Below are positions 20,616-29,961 of a stretch of DNA of 64,000 nt, piece after piece (within the stretch, counting starts at the first letter, position 1; every line of letters starts with the position of its first letter). The notes beneath the pieces are model-generated. The model worked only from the letters and a program-made list of their open reading frames with translations, was not told the DNA's origin and made no database searches. Both the position numbers and the translations under genes were made by a program. This DNA is from Chthonomonadales bacterium. Lineage in GTDB: Bacteria; Armatimonadota; Chthonomonadetes; Chthonomonadales; CAJBBX01. The stretch spans positions 32,001 to 96,000 of the forward strand of contig JBBIPC010000002.1 of NCBI GenBank assembly GCA_037443035.1, read 5' to 3'.

Positions 20616-21349
20616 GACTCCAGTCGTTGCCGCCGACGTGGATGCCGAAGGTGGCACACTAGCAGGCAGCCACCGCGCACGCGAATGCGCACCCTAGCGT
20701 CCACGAACACATTGCTAACGCCTAACGAGCCGGGCTCGAGATCCCGATCCTCCAGAGGCCATCGCACACCGGTAAGTGTCACGCCGTGCACGGGAGCCAT
20801 TACGACGAGCGACAGAGTGTCTCCTGGTGACCCTGTGAGTTCGGCCTGATCCGTCACCGCAATCAGTTCGCTCTTGGCGTCTACGTGGCGTAGGCGAAAC
20901 TGGTCTGCGTACTTGAGCATCACGCTGATCGTCGTGAGTGCGTGGTCGAGGCGGTATCCGAGGGCACCTACGAGAGTAGCGTCCGTACACCCCAGATCTC
21001 TAGCGTACTGCAGTGCCTTCTCAAGGTCGCACATGTTCTGATCGGGCAGATGGATACGACAGCGAGCAGGGAACTGATCGAGCATCTCAGGTTCGACAGA
21101 GTCGAAGTCGCCGACAACGTAGTCGGGCACAAGACCGTGTACGAGCAGTCGTGTGGCGGCCCCGTCCGTCGCGATAACTACGTCGGCGACTCGCTGGAGT
21201 CTTCGCAGCAGCCGTATCCCCGGTATGGCGCCGTTGGCAACGATGAGACAACGGCGAGATGCCGGGACCGGCCTGGTTTCACGAACGTCATGTGCGCAGA
21301 CGTGGTCGTTGGACCGCGGCGAGGTCCCGGTTCTCCTGCTCAATCGCAC
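20612..21349 (-). CDS. thiN: Thiamine pyrophosphokinase
   Basis: IATDGAA, PDYVVGDFDS, DQNMCDLEKAL, GALGYRLDH, GVRWPL, SLGVSN. The only in-frame start (GTG 21349) overlaps the upstream gene's 3' end. Confidence 0.9.
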   Translation of the reverse strand: MRLSRRTGTSPRSNDHVCAHDVRETRPVPASRRCLIVANGAIPGIRLLRRLQRVADVVIATDGAATRLLVHGLVPDYVVGDFDSVEPEMLDQFPARCRIHLPDQNMCDLEKALQYARDLGCTDATLVGALGYRLDHALTTISVMLKYADQFRLRHVDAKSELIAVTDQAELTGSPGDTLSLVVMAPVHGVTLTGVRWPLEDRDLEPGSLGVSNVFVDARVRIRVRGGCLLVCHLRHPRRRQRLES

Positions 21350-22080
21350 CCTCGATAGTACATCCTGCCGGTGGCGGGGTTGATGTCGCCGCTCCGCTCA
21401 CCTCCCGGACACACCACATGCTTGTCGAACTCATCGTTGGAGACGGTGAACTTCGCATGACCGTCAACGAAGATAACGGTCCCCCCGCGCGGATGCCATA
21501 GCTGGAAGTAATCGGGCACGTACGCATACTTCGGCATCGTGAAAAACGGAAACATCTCGTCCCGCATCATCCGCGTTTCAGCAGGAAGAACGAACGAGGA
21601 GTCGTAGACCATTCGCGTCCACGAGTAGACAAAGTTGTTCTGGCTCGATTCGCCCCCCACGACGCAGAAGCTGCCCTTGCTGAACCGATAGCTGGACCCG
21701 TAGCACGCATGGTACGTCGTCCTGCCCGGACATCCGTAGAACGGGTCGCTCAGTGCAGGACCGCCAGCATCGTCGGGACAGCGGAAGATATCCTTGTTCT
21801 TGCCGTACGGAAGGATAAGCAGCTCTACGCCCTTGTGGCCTGGCGACCCTGATGGAGGCTGCGAGTTGTATGCGTAGAAAATGGGCATGGTCTCATCATA
21901 GTCCGACACATACATACGCACCTGCATGCCCACCTGCCGTGCATGCGTCACGCATACGGTCTCCCGAGCCTTCTCGCGAGCCTGAGAGAAGACGGGGAAG
22001 AGTATCGCTGCGAGGATGGCGATGATAGCGATCACCACCAGTAGCTCGATCAGCGTGAATGCCCTTCTACTGTCCTTCAT
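21340..22080 (-). CDS. Prepilin-type N-terminal cleavage/methylation, DUF1559-like, H-X9-DG domain protein
   Basis: [42 protein letters not shown]-terminal HPRGGTVIFVDGH. AAGGAG RBS. Confidence 0.9.
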   Translation of the reverse strand: MKDSRRAFTLIELLVVIAIIAILAAILFPVFSQAREKARETVCVTHARQVGMQVRMYVSDYDETMPIFYAYNSQPPSGSPGHKGVELLILPYGKNKDIFRCPDDAGGPALSDPFYGCPGRTTYHACYGSSYRFSKGSFCVVGGESSQNNFVYSWTRMVYDSSFVLPAETRMMRDEMFPFFTMPKYAYVPDYFQLWHPRGGTVIFVDGHAKFTVSNDEFDKHVVCPGGERSGDINPATGRMYYRGCD

Positions 22081-22150
22081 GTGTGTCACTCCTTCCGACG
22101 CGGGTACGCGCCGTACGGAGCTGACACCTCGGCCCGGGTCCAGACAGCAT

Positions 22151-22191
22151 AACGCCGCTGTCCCGAGCCGATCGTCAGGACAACGGCGTCA
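22151..22191 (-). terminator. Long hairpin in the TPP riboswitch expression platform (candidate attenuator)
   Basis: Minus strand GACGCCGTTGTCCTGA-loop-TCGGGACAGCGGCGTT, between the aptamer and the RBS. The U-tract is weak. Confidence 0.55.
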
Positions 22192-22208
22192 CCAATGCGA
22201 TGCATCGT

Positions 22209-22299
22209 CGCTTCCCTCCGTCGGCATTACCCGCATCAGGTTCATGGGGTTCCCCGCAGATTGCGAGGTCTCAGCCGGCCTACGCCAGCACCCCCAGCG
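22209..22299 (-). ncRNA. TPP (THI-box) riboswitch aptamer
   Basis: Minus strand CGCU-GGGGGUGCUGGC-GUAG-GCCGGC-UGAGA-(hairpin CCUCGCA/UGCGGGG)-AACCCC-AUGAACCUGAU-GCGGGUAAUGCCGACGGAGGGA-AGCG. The hallmark elements (GCUGAGA, ACCUGAU, UAAU loop, AGGGA, P1 CGCU/AGCG) are present, and thiN lies downstream. Confidence 0.95.
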
Positions 22300-22305
22300 T
22301 TCGTT

Positions 22306-22335
22306 ATTCTAATGTGGGACCAGTCTTCCGACCAA
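22306..22335 (-). promoter_or_regulatory. Candidate promoter of the TPP leader
   Basis: TTGGTC-N18-TAGAAT, ending 6 nt before the aptamer P1. Confidence 0.5.
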
Positions 22336-22371
22336 GCCCGAACTGTCTATACCGCGCCAGGTGCGGTCTTG

Positions 22372-22704
22372 TCAAGCATTATCCACAAACGGCGCGAGTT
22401 TGTCAGCGATCACCTTCTTCGGTACCGCCCCCACAACCTGCGCGACTGGCTTGCCATCCTTGAACACGATGAGTGTAGGAATGGACATAATCCCGTAGCG
22501 GGCGGCTATGTCGCCCTCCTGATCCACATCGAGCTTGTAGACTCTCGCCTTCCCTGCGAACTCGTCCGCAATGGCCTCCACGTGTGGTGCAACCATGCGG
22601 CACGGCCCGCACCATGTCGCCCAAAAGTCCACCAGCACGGGTACATCCGACTGAAGCACTTTCTCGTCAAACTCCGCCGCCGTGACTGCAGCAACCGCTC
22701 CCAT
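22372..22704 (-). CDS. trxA: Thioredoxin
   Basis: VDFWATWCGPCRM, IMSIPTL. Confidence 0.96.
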   Translation of the reverse strand: MGAVAAVTAAEFDEKVLQSDVPVLVDFWATWCGPCRMVAPHVEAIADEFAGKARVYKLDVDQEGDIAARYGIMSIPTLIVFKDGKPVAQVVGAVPKKVIADKLAPFVDNA

Positions 22705-22787
22705 AGGTGTCTCTCTCCTTCCACGTAACATAGACATGGGCGGCACCCGTCGAACTGCCGCCCTGGCAACTGTTCCTTCGTGAACCT

Positions 22788-23651
22788 CTACGCAGACCCC
22801 TGTCCCTCGGTTCCCCTTGGAAAACCTGGTCCTCGCAGCGTTAGCACGACGACCTCTGGCGGACAGCGGAACCGTAGCGGCAAGCCGACGGTCCCGACCC
22901 CACGCGACACGAACAAAGGGTTTGGCGCATGAGGATAGTATCCCATATGGTACTTGCGCGCGCCCGCTGGGGTATAGGCTGGCAGACCCGGGAAACGTAT
23001 CTGCCCCCCGTGGGAGTGACCGGAAACCTGCAGCGCCACCTCGATGAAGGCATAGTCCGCGAAATCGGGCTCGTGAACGAGCATGATTTTCGTTGCGTCC
23101 TCTGGAACACCCTTCGCCGCTACGGTTGCATCAGCGGCGCCAGTGGCGATGGAATCCACACCGAGAATCCAGAGGCCATCGCGCCCTTTGGCGCGAGCAT
23201 GCTCATTGCATAGCACCTGAATTCCGACGTTCCTGAGTCCCGCTTTGATGGCCTCGGGGCGGCCTGCCCAGTAGTCATGGTTCCCAAGTGTGGCGAACGC
23301 CCCCAGAGGCACCCTCGTCACCGGCGCCAGAGCATCCACGGCTTCTGACACCCAACGCCCTCCCCCAAGCGTGACGTAGTCCCCTGTCAGGAAGACGATA
23401 TCCGGCTTTTCGGACATGAGGATTCTAACCGCCTCCCGAGCGCGCTCCGTCGCCCGCTCGCTGTCGCAGTGAAGGTCACTGAGCTGCCCGATGCGGAGGG
23501 GTGGCGCTTGCGGAGTCCACCTAGGTAGACGCAGTGTCAGCCGTGTCACACCGATGTGCCAGGGCTCCCAAAGGTAGGCATAGGAGAAGCCACTCGCGCC
23601 AAGCCCACCACCAACGAGAAGCGCACGCCTCAGGAGCTGGCGGCGTGTCAC
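22788..23651 (-). CDS. Metallophosphoesterase (YkuE/YaeI-like), Tat-like N-terminus
   Basis: [32 protein letters not shown]-terminus TRRQLL. Confidence 0.9.
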   Translation of the reverse strand: MTRRQLLRRALLVGGGLGASGFSYAYLWEPWHIGVTRLTLRLPRWTPQAPPLRIGQLSDLHCDSERATERAREAVRILMSEKPDIVFLTGDYVTLGGGRWVSEAVDALAPVTRVPLGAFATLGNHDYWAGRPEAIKAGLRNVGIQVLCNEHARAKGRDGLWILGVDSIATGAADATVAAKGVPEDATKIMLVHEPDFADYAFIEVALQVSGHSHGGQIRFPGLPAYTPAGARKYHMGYYPHAPNPLFVSRGVGTVGLPLRFRCPPEVVVLTLRGPGFPRGTEGQGSA

Positions 23652-24835
23652 ACAAGCCCCAGGCGTCGGCCGACCTTCTCCATGGCGGCGAGTGCCTCAT
23701 CGAGATCGCTGCGCTCATGGGACGCATTCGGCATGGTGCGTACCCGAGCTTTGCCGCGCGGAACTGTCGGGAACACGACTGCCAGCGCGAGAACTCCCTC
23801 CTCGAAGAGACCCCGCTGCAGTTCCTGTGCCTTGCCCTCGTCGCCGACCATCACGGGTGTAATGGGCGTCTCCGTCACGCCGATATCGAAGCCCAGCCTC
23901 TTGAGGCCGTCTTGCCAGTAGCGTGCATTGTCCCAAAGCTTCTGGGTCAGGGATGGATCCGATTCCATCAAGTCGATGGCCGCCAGGATTGCCGCCACGA
24001 CCGCTGGCGGGTGGGCTGTGCTGAAGAGGAAGGGCCGTGAGCGCTGCGTCAGCCAGTCAATGAGGGCATGGCTGCCGGCGATATAGCCGCCCATGACGCC
24101 AACCGCCTTGGACAATGTGCCGAGCTGGATATCGATGCGCTGATGTACGCCGAAATGATACGCCGTCCCCCGTCCTCCGCCAAGTACTCCCGAACCGTGT
24201 GCATCGTCTACCATGACGGCAGCATCGTACTGCTCCGCCAGCTCGACGATCTTGTCCAACGGCGCGATGTCCCCATCCATGCTGAAAACGCCGTCGGTCA
24301 CGATGAGCCGCTTGCGGTATTGGCCCGTCCGCTTCAAGACTTCCTCTAGCGAGTCCATGTCGCGGTGCTTGTAGATGGGTCTTTGCTCGGAGGGTAATCC
24401 CGTGAGACGACAGCCATCAATGATACTCGCGTGGTTGAGCTCATCCGAGATGATGGCATCGTCCTTGGTGACGATCGCCGGGATCGTTCCGGCGTTGGCT
24501 GTGAAGCCCGACTGGAAAACGATGGTGGCTTCGACATGCTTGAACTCTGCCAGTCGGCGCTCCAGCCTCTGGTGAATCGCCATGGTGCCGATGATGGTGC
24601 GCACGGCGCCCGCACCAGCGCCCCACTCCTCGACGGCACGAATCGCCGCCTCCTTGAGCTTCGGATGATTCGCTAGCCCAAGATAGTTGTTGGAGGAGAG
24701 GTTGATAACCCTCCGCCCGTCCACCGTGATGCGCCCGCCTTGCGGCGTCTGAAGCTCGACCAGCGGTTTGTACAGATGTTGCTCCTGCAGAGCACCTAGT
24801 TGTTCTCCAAGCCAGCTCTGAAGGGTCGGATTCAT
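23648..24835 (-). CDS. kbl: Glycine C-acetyltransferase / 8-amino-7-oxononanoate synthase family (PLP class II)
   Basis: [42 protein letters not shown]. tdh elsewhere in the window favours kbl over bioF. Confidence 0.8.
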   Translation of the reverse strand: MNPTLQSWLGEQLGALQEQHLYKPLVELQTPQGGRITVDGRRVINLSSNNYLGLANHPKLKEAAIRAVEEWGAGAGAVRTIIGTMAIHQRLERRLAEFKHVEATIVFQSGFTANAGTIPAIVTKDDAIISDELNHASIIDGCRLTGLPSEQRPIYKHRDMDSLEEVLKRTGQYRKRLIVTDGVFSMDGDIAPLDKIVELAEQYDAAVMVDDAHGSGVLGGGRGTAYHFGVHQRIDIQLGTLSKAVGVMGGYIAGSHALIDWLTQRSRPFLFSTAHPPAVVAAILAAIDLMESDPSLTQKLWDNARYWQDGLKRLGFDIGVTETPITPVMVGDEGKAQELQRGLFEEGVLALAVVFPTVPRGKARVRTMPNASHERSDLDEALAAMEKVGRRLGLV

Positions 24836-25148
24836 GATGACGGTCTCCTTGCCTCGTTCTCGCAAAGAAAGATACGCCAAAAACCGGGAGAAGGGTCCAA
24901 GATGGATCACGAGAAGCTACCACCACTCGTCGTTCCGACATCTCGTGCCCGAGCGACGGCAGCAGCGAACGGCGCTTACGCTGGTGTTCGGCTGCCGCAT
25001 GATCCAGGGAATCCGTCGCCCGTGGTTTCGATACGGCCGGACGTTGGCGGTCCGGTCTACTCGACCACCGGTGCAGCGCCAAGGTCTGGCGTTCTTGCGT
25101 GTGGAGGGCATGGCACCAGGGATGCCCAGGCACCATGCCCTGAAAGTG

Positions 25149-25463
25149 CTACTTGCCGCCTGCTCCTTTGCCGCCCATCATGAGACCGGGCTGCTGCGCT
25201 GGTCCTTCCATGCCTGCGCCTGCAGGTCCCTCAGCGGAACCACCCTTGACGCCGACATTGGCGGCCGGAGCCTCCTCGCCCTGCTGCTGCTGCATGAGCT
25301 GTGCCTTGCCAACGAAGCCAGGGAGGGACCCCTTGTTCTCGCCTTGAGAGGACCGCACGGTTCGCGTGATGGAGAAGATCGCCGCGGCGACCGCTAGAAT
25401 CGCGATGACGACTACCAGCACTGTGCGACCCGAGGAGTTACCTTCGCCTGATGCTCTGGCCAT
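25149..25463 (-). CDS. Small single-TM, Gly/Ala/Gln-rich hypothetical protein
   Basis: AAAGGA RBS, N-terminal TM VLVVVIAILAVAAAIFSI. Starts 27 nt after the prepilin-like gene's stop. Confidence 0.7.
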   Translation of the reverse strand: MARASGEGNSSGRTVLVVVIAILAVAAAIFSITRTVRSSQGENKGSLPGFVGKAQLMQQQQGEEAPAANVGVKGGSAEGPAGAGMEGPAQQPGLMMGGKGAGGK

Positions 25464-25490
25464 GTGTGTTGTCCTTTGGCCTCTCGCAGG

Positions 25491-26288
25491 CTACTTGTAC
25501 TGGGCGTCCCAGTGCAGATAGTTCGGCTTGGATCCATCCCACTGCCCACCTACCACGCGGCACATGCGCAGGCGATCCATGGTCTTCACATGTCCATCCG
25601 CAAAGCCGAAGTTCGTCAGGCGATTGTGGGCACCAATGCTGAAACGCGCGTCGCCAGTCCCGCACCAATTCACCGTGAAGTAGTCGGGCGCCGTTGGCCA
25701 AGTTGGATCCGCGATATCCGAGTTGTCCCATCGCCAGTAGGACATGTATCTGGCGTAGCTGACCGTTGTCCACAACTCGTAGAGGTTCGCTGTCTCTGCT
25801 GGTGCACCCACTTCGGCCTGGGTTCGCGATCGCTCGGCGTTGTAGTACGCGTGCACTCCGAAGGTGTTGTACGGGTAGCCGTTCTGGTAGTGGGTCCAAG
25901 AGTAGCTGATGGGATAGCCGATGCCTGTTCCGTACCGGTCCACGCCGCAGTCATCCCGCTGGATACCGTCGCTGGGGCACTTCCACACGCCACCGTTCTT
26001 GATGTACGGTGCTAACGCATTTTCCGAACCCCACATCTGATCGGGATCTCCGGGGTTGTTGTTGTTGAACGACGCAACCCCGCACTTGATCCGGTGGAAC
26101 ATCTCGTCGTAGTCCTGGCTGTACATGAGCGCAGCCGTCAGGAGCTGCTTCATGTTGGAGATGCAGGATGCCTGCCTGGCCTTTTCACGGGCCTGAGCGA
26201 AGACAGGGAACAGAATCGCGGCTAGGATCGCGATGATCGCGATCACGACCAACAGCTCGATGAGGGTGAAACCACGTGCTCGATGCAT
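25491..26288 (-). CDS. Prepilin-type N-terminal cleavage/methylation, DUF1559-like, H-X9-DG domain protein
   Basis: [77 protein letters not shown]. Confidence 0.92.
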   Translation of the reverse strand: MHRARGFTLIELLVVIAIIAILAAILFPVFAQAREKARQASCISNMKQLLTAALMYSQDYDEMFHRIKCGVASFNNNNPGDPDQMWGSENALAPYIKNGGVWKCPSDGIQRDDCGVDRYGTGIGYPISYSWTHYQNGYPYNTFGVHAYYNAERSRTQAEVGAPAETANLYELWTTVSYARYMSYWRWDNSDIADPTWPTAPDYFTVNWCGTGDARFSIGAHNRLTNFGFADGHVKTMDRLRMCRVVGGQWDGSKPNYLHWDAQYK

Positions 26289-26403
26289 TTCGGTGCTCCT
26301 CCCCTGTGGGTATAGGTCCGCTCGATGAGCGCAGCTACCGGCGTGCGGCTCCCCTGGCTCCTTCCAAACCCTCTCTCGCCGGCACTGCCGCTGTGGACCT
26401 GTC

Positions 26404-27696
26404 TTATAGATTCAGCGCACGGCCTGCAATATCCTTCCTATAGTGCATACCTTCGAACGAAATGAACTGGATAGCTGCGTACGCTCGGCGTGCAGCCTCT
26501 CCGAGGTCTGGTCCCGTTCCGGTCACCCCGAGAACGCGCCCGCCAGCCGTCACAATCTGGCCATCCGCTTCACGTGTCCCGGCATGGAAAACGGTGCATC
26601 CCTCGGCCTGAGACGCACGATCGAGACCGGAAATGGGCTTGCCCGTCTCGTAGTCTCCCGGGTATCCGCGGGAAGCAGCCACAACGCACACGGCGGCCTC
26701 GGCGGAGCATGCGACGTCTACGTCGTCGAGCCGCCCATTGACGGCGGCATCCATCATCTCGAACAGGTCCGCCTCCAACAATGGCAAGACCGCTTGCGTC
26801 TCTGGGTCGCCGAATCGGCAGTTGAACTCCAGCGTCCTGATGCCTTGAGCCGTGACCATGAGACCCGCATAGAGGACCCCTTTGTACGGGATTCCGAGGT
26901 CTCGGATGGCGTGCACCGCAGGTCTTAGTACTAGCTCCAGTGCCTCGTTCACGATGCTATCCGGCAGAATCGGCACCGGCGAGTAGGCGCCCATGCCGCC
27001 CGTGTTGGGTCCCTGATCGTTGTCGTAGGCACGCTTGTGGTCCTGAGACGGGGGGAGCGGTACCACGCATTCGCCGTCGGTGACGGCCATGATGCTGACC
27101 TCTTCACCCTCGAGGCATTCCTCGACGAGAACGCGGTCGCCTGCGGCACCGAAGGTCCTGCGCACCATCATGTCTTCTACTGCTTGGTGCGCCTGTTCCT
27201 CATCGGCGGCCACCACGACACCTTTGCCCGCCGCGAGACCGTCGGCCTTGATCACGATGCGCGTGCCGGGTTCGGGGTGAGCGGCGAAGTGGCGGCGGAT
27301 GGCGTCATGAGCGGCCTGCGGATCCTCGCATAGCTTGTACGAAGCGGTGGGAATTCCGTAGCGTACCATCAGCTCCTTGGCGAAGACTTTGCTGCCTTCG
27401 ATACGAGCGGGGTCGGTGCTTGGTCCGAACGCGGGCAGTCCTCGTGCCTCGAAGCGATCCACGATGCCGGCGATGAGGGGCGCCTCGGGTCCGATGACCG
27501 TAAGGTCTATCTTCTCTCCGGCAGCGAAGTTCGCGAGTCCCTCGATGTCCGTGGACTGGATGTTGATGCATTCTGCGATCCGAGCGATTCCCGCGTTGCC
27601 AGGAGCGCAGTACAGCCGGTCCACGTGGCGGCTCTGAGCGAGCTTCCAGATGAGCGCGTGCTCGCGTCCTCCTCCACCAACGACTAGAACACGCAT
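26404..27696 (-). CDS. purD: Phosphoribosylamine-glycine ligase
   Basis: [46 protein letters not shown]. Confidence 0.97.
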   Translation of the reverse strand: MRVLVVGGGGREHALIWKLAQSRHVDRLYCAPGNAGIARIAECINIQSTDIEGLANFAAGEKIDLTVIGPEAPLIAGIVDRFEARGLPAFGPSTDPARIEGSKVFAKELMVRYGIPTASYKLCEDPQAAHDAIRRHFAAHPEPGTRIVIKADGLAAGKGVVVAADEEQAHQAVEDMMVRRTFGAAGDRVLVEECLEGEEVSIMAVTDGECVVPLPPSQDHKRAYDNDQGPNTGGMGAYSPVPILPDSIVNEALELVLRPAVHAIRDLGIPYKGVLYAGLMVTAQGIRTLEFNCRFGDPETQAVLPLLEADLFEMMDAAVNGRLDDVDVACSAEAAVCVVAASRGYPGDYETGKPISGLDRASQAEGCTVFHAGTREADGQIVTAGGRVLGVTGTGPDLGEAARRAYAAIQFISFEGMHYRKDIAGRALNL

Positions 27697-27835
27697 AGAG
27701 AAACTCTCCTTACCCTCGTCACCAGTCTGACTGGCTTGCTGCCAGTCCCGCTGGTGCCTGTATGTTGGCTTACCTCAGCGCTAGAATGCGCCAGTCTGCG
27801 CGTCGGAAGCTGCCAGAGTCTCCTTGCGGGTACGA

Positions 27836-29248
27836 CTATTCCTCCTCCGAGAGGTTGTCGAACCGCGCATATGCCGGATGAAATGCCACCTTGACTCTGC
27901 CGGTCGGTCCGTTCCGCTGCTTGGCGATGATCAACTCCGCTACATCTACGACGTCATCAGGCGCGGGGCCATCGGACTGGGTTTCCTCTTCGGCATCGTC
28001 CGTGGATCCCCTCTGCTGCTGCCTCTTCTCGAGCTGCTTGTAGTACGACTCCCGATAAATGAAAATGACGACGTCCGCCTCGGCTTCGATGCTACCGGAC
28101 TCGCGGAGGTCCGACAACATCGGGCGCTTGTCGTTTCGACTCTCGACTGCTCGGGACAATTGCGAGAGTGCGATGACGGGTCGCTTCAGCTCCCGCGCCA
28201 GGCTCTTCAGGCCCCTGGCGATTTCCGTGATCTCCTGATTCCGATTGTCAGCTTTCTTGTGGGAACGCATGAGCTGCAGGTAATCCACGACGACAAGCCC
28301 GAGGTCCTTCTGCTCGGCCATGAGCCGTCGGCACTTTCCTCGGATGTCCATCACAGTGCTGTCGGTGCTATCGTCTATGAAGATCGGCATTTCCACCAGT
28401 CGCGAACATGCCTCGCCTACTCGTGGCCACTCATTGCGGCGCAGGTGCCCCGTGCGGAGCCGATGGGCGTTGATACCGCCCTCGGAGCAGATCATGCGCA
28501 GGCACAGTTGCTCCTTGGACATCTCCAGGCTGAACAGCGCAACCGGCAGTCGTTTGGTCTTGGCCACGTGCTGGGCGATATTCAGCGCCAGCGCGGTCTT
28601 GCCCATGGAGGGACGCGCGGCAATGATGATGAGATCCGCGTTCTGGAGTCCGGCCGTCATCTCGTCCAGGCGCCGGAACGATGTCGGCACGCCTGTGATG
28701 CCGGAGTCCGTGTCTGACAGGTGCTCGAGCTGATCGAGAACCTCGCCAGCGAGAGTACTGATGGGGGTGAAGTAGGCATCGGACCGGCGCCGCCCGACCG
28801 AAAAGACAAGCTGCTCAGCTTTGTCCACGACTTCGCTGATGTCCTCGAAGTCCTGGTAGGCCATGTCACGGATCTGGCCGGCGGCGTCGATGAGGCGCCT
28901 GAGTACGGCCGTCGCCTCCACCCGCCCAGCGTAGTAGGCAGCGTTAGCCGCGCTGGCTACGGCATCGGTGAGCTGGACAAGGTAGGGTGCACCGCCCACC
29001 GCCTCCAGCGCCTCCTGGCGCTTGAGCTGCTCCTGGAGCGTTAGCACGTCGACGGGCTCGTTCCGCTGGTAGAGGGCTAGTATCGCCTCGTAGATCACCT
29101 TGTGTGCGTCTCGGTAGAAGTCCTCGGGACGGAGGACGGCCTGCACACGGTCTATGGCCGAGCGCTCGATGAGCATGGCCCCTAGCACGGCCTGTTCCAT
29201 CTCCAGGCTCTGAGGGGGAATCCGATCCTCGACGGAAGCCCTGTTCAT
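27836..29248 (-). CDS. dnaB: Replicative DNA helicase
   Basis: PPQSLEMEQAVLG, AARPSMGKT, FSLEM, VDYLQL, SDLRESGSIE. Confidence 0.97.
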   Translation of the reverse strand: MNRASVEDRIPPQSLEMEQAVLGAMLIERSAIDRVQAVLRPEDFYRDAHKVIYEAILALYQRNEPVDVLTLQEQLKRQEALEAVGGAPYLVQLTDAVASAANAAYYAGRVEATAVLRRLIDAAGQIRDMAYQDFEDISEVVDKAEQLVFSVGRRRSDAYFTPISTLAGEVLDQLEHLSDTDSGITGVPTSFRRLDEMTAGLQNADLIIIAARPSMGKTALALNIAQHVAKTKRLPVALFSLEMSKEQLCLRMICSEGGINAHRLRTGHLRRNEWPRVGEACSRLVEMPIFIDDSTDSTVMDIRGKCRRLMAEQKDLGLVVVDYLQLMRSHKKADNRNQEITEIARGLKSLARELKRPVIALSQLSRAVESRNDKRPMLSDLRESGSIEAEADVVIFIYRESYYKQLEKRQQQRGSTDDAEEETQSDGPAPDDVVDVAELIIAKQRNGPTGRVKVAFHPAYARFDNLSEEE

Positions 29249-29371
29249 GATGACGCCGCTACCCCTGCGGCCATGTCACATGTAGCACCGGACTGCAGTG
29301 TTCTCGATGGCGGTTCTCGCACGTCACGATGATCACGTACCTATAGCCGTCGTGACGCGAATAGACGGTCG

Positions 29372-29899
29372 TCACGCCGAGGCTTCGGCCTGCTCAGCGA
29401 CAGTATCGGCCGTTCGTTGTGCCGCCTCCTCAGCGGCTCTCCTCGCCAGTTCCTCTTCCGTGGTCACATCCACGTTCACCTTGACCGTCACATCGGCACC
29501 GAGCCTAACCGGCACCACGTAAGTTCCCAGGCTCTTGATCGGGTCCACGAGACCGACGCGGCGCTTGTCCACTTCAATACCAGTGGCCGACTTGATGGCG
29601 TCAGCGACATCCTGGGCAGTAATCGAACCGTAAAGTTTCGTGCCCGCTCCAACCTTGCCAGTAAGGACGACGGTCGTCCCTTCGAGCTGGCGGGCGTGGC
29701 TCTCTGCGTCGGCATGCAGCCGGTCGCCACGAGCGCGCTCATGCTCCAGCCGAGCCTGGTGGTGTTTGAGGAACCCGCCCTTCGCTGGCACGGCATAGTT
29801 GCGGGGAAACAGGTAATTGCGAGCGTATCCGTCGGCCACGTTGACGATCTCGCCGCCCTTACCCACCTTCGGTATGTCTCGTTGCAGTATGACCTTCAT
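29372..29899 (-). CDS. rplI: 50S ribosomal protein L9
   Basis: MKVIL...VADGYARNYLFP, KLYGSIT. Confidence 0.96.
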   Translation of the reverse strand: MKVILQRDIPKVGKGGEIVNVADGYARNYLFPRNYAVPAKGGFLKHHQARLEHERARGDRLHADAESHARQLEGTTVVLTGKVGAGTKLYGSITAQDVADAIKSATGIEVDKRRVGLVDPIKSLGTYVVPVRLGADVTVKVNVDVTTEEELARRAAEEAAQRTADTVAEQAEASA

Positions 29900-29961
29900 T
29901 CAGACTTCTCCTTCAGGCAGCGATTCTAACGAATGCTGCCATGCTTGCTTCTCTCGTCTTC

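Noticed and set aside
24836..25148. Glycine riboswitch upstream of kbl
   Set aside because: Hairpins are present, but no GGAGA...CCGAAG...CTCTCAGG pattern on the minus strand.
27697..27835. ZMP/ZTP or purine riboswitch before purD
   Set aside because: Only a GACTGGCG fragment matches. The remaining consensus and pseudoknot elements were not found.
27836..29248. Intein in dnaB
   Set aside because: Normal length. The only insertion is a short acidic loop without splicing motifs.
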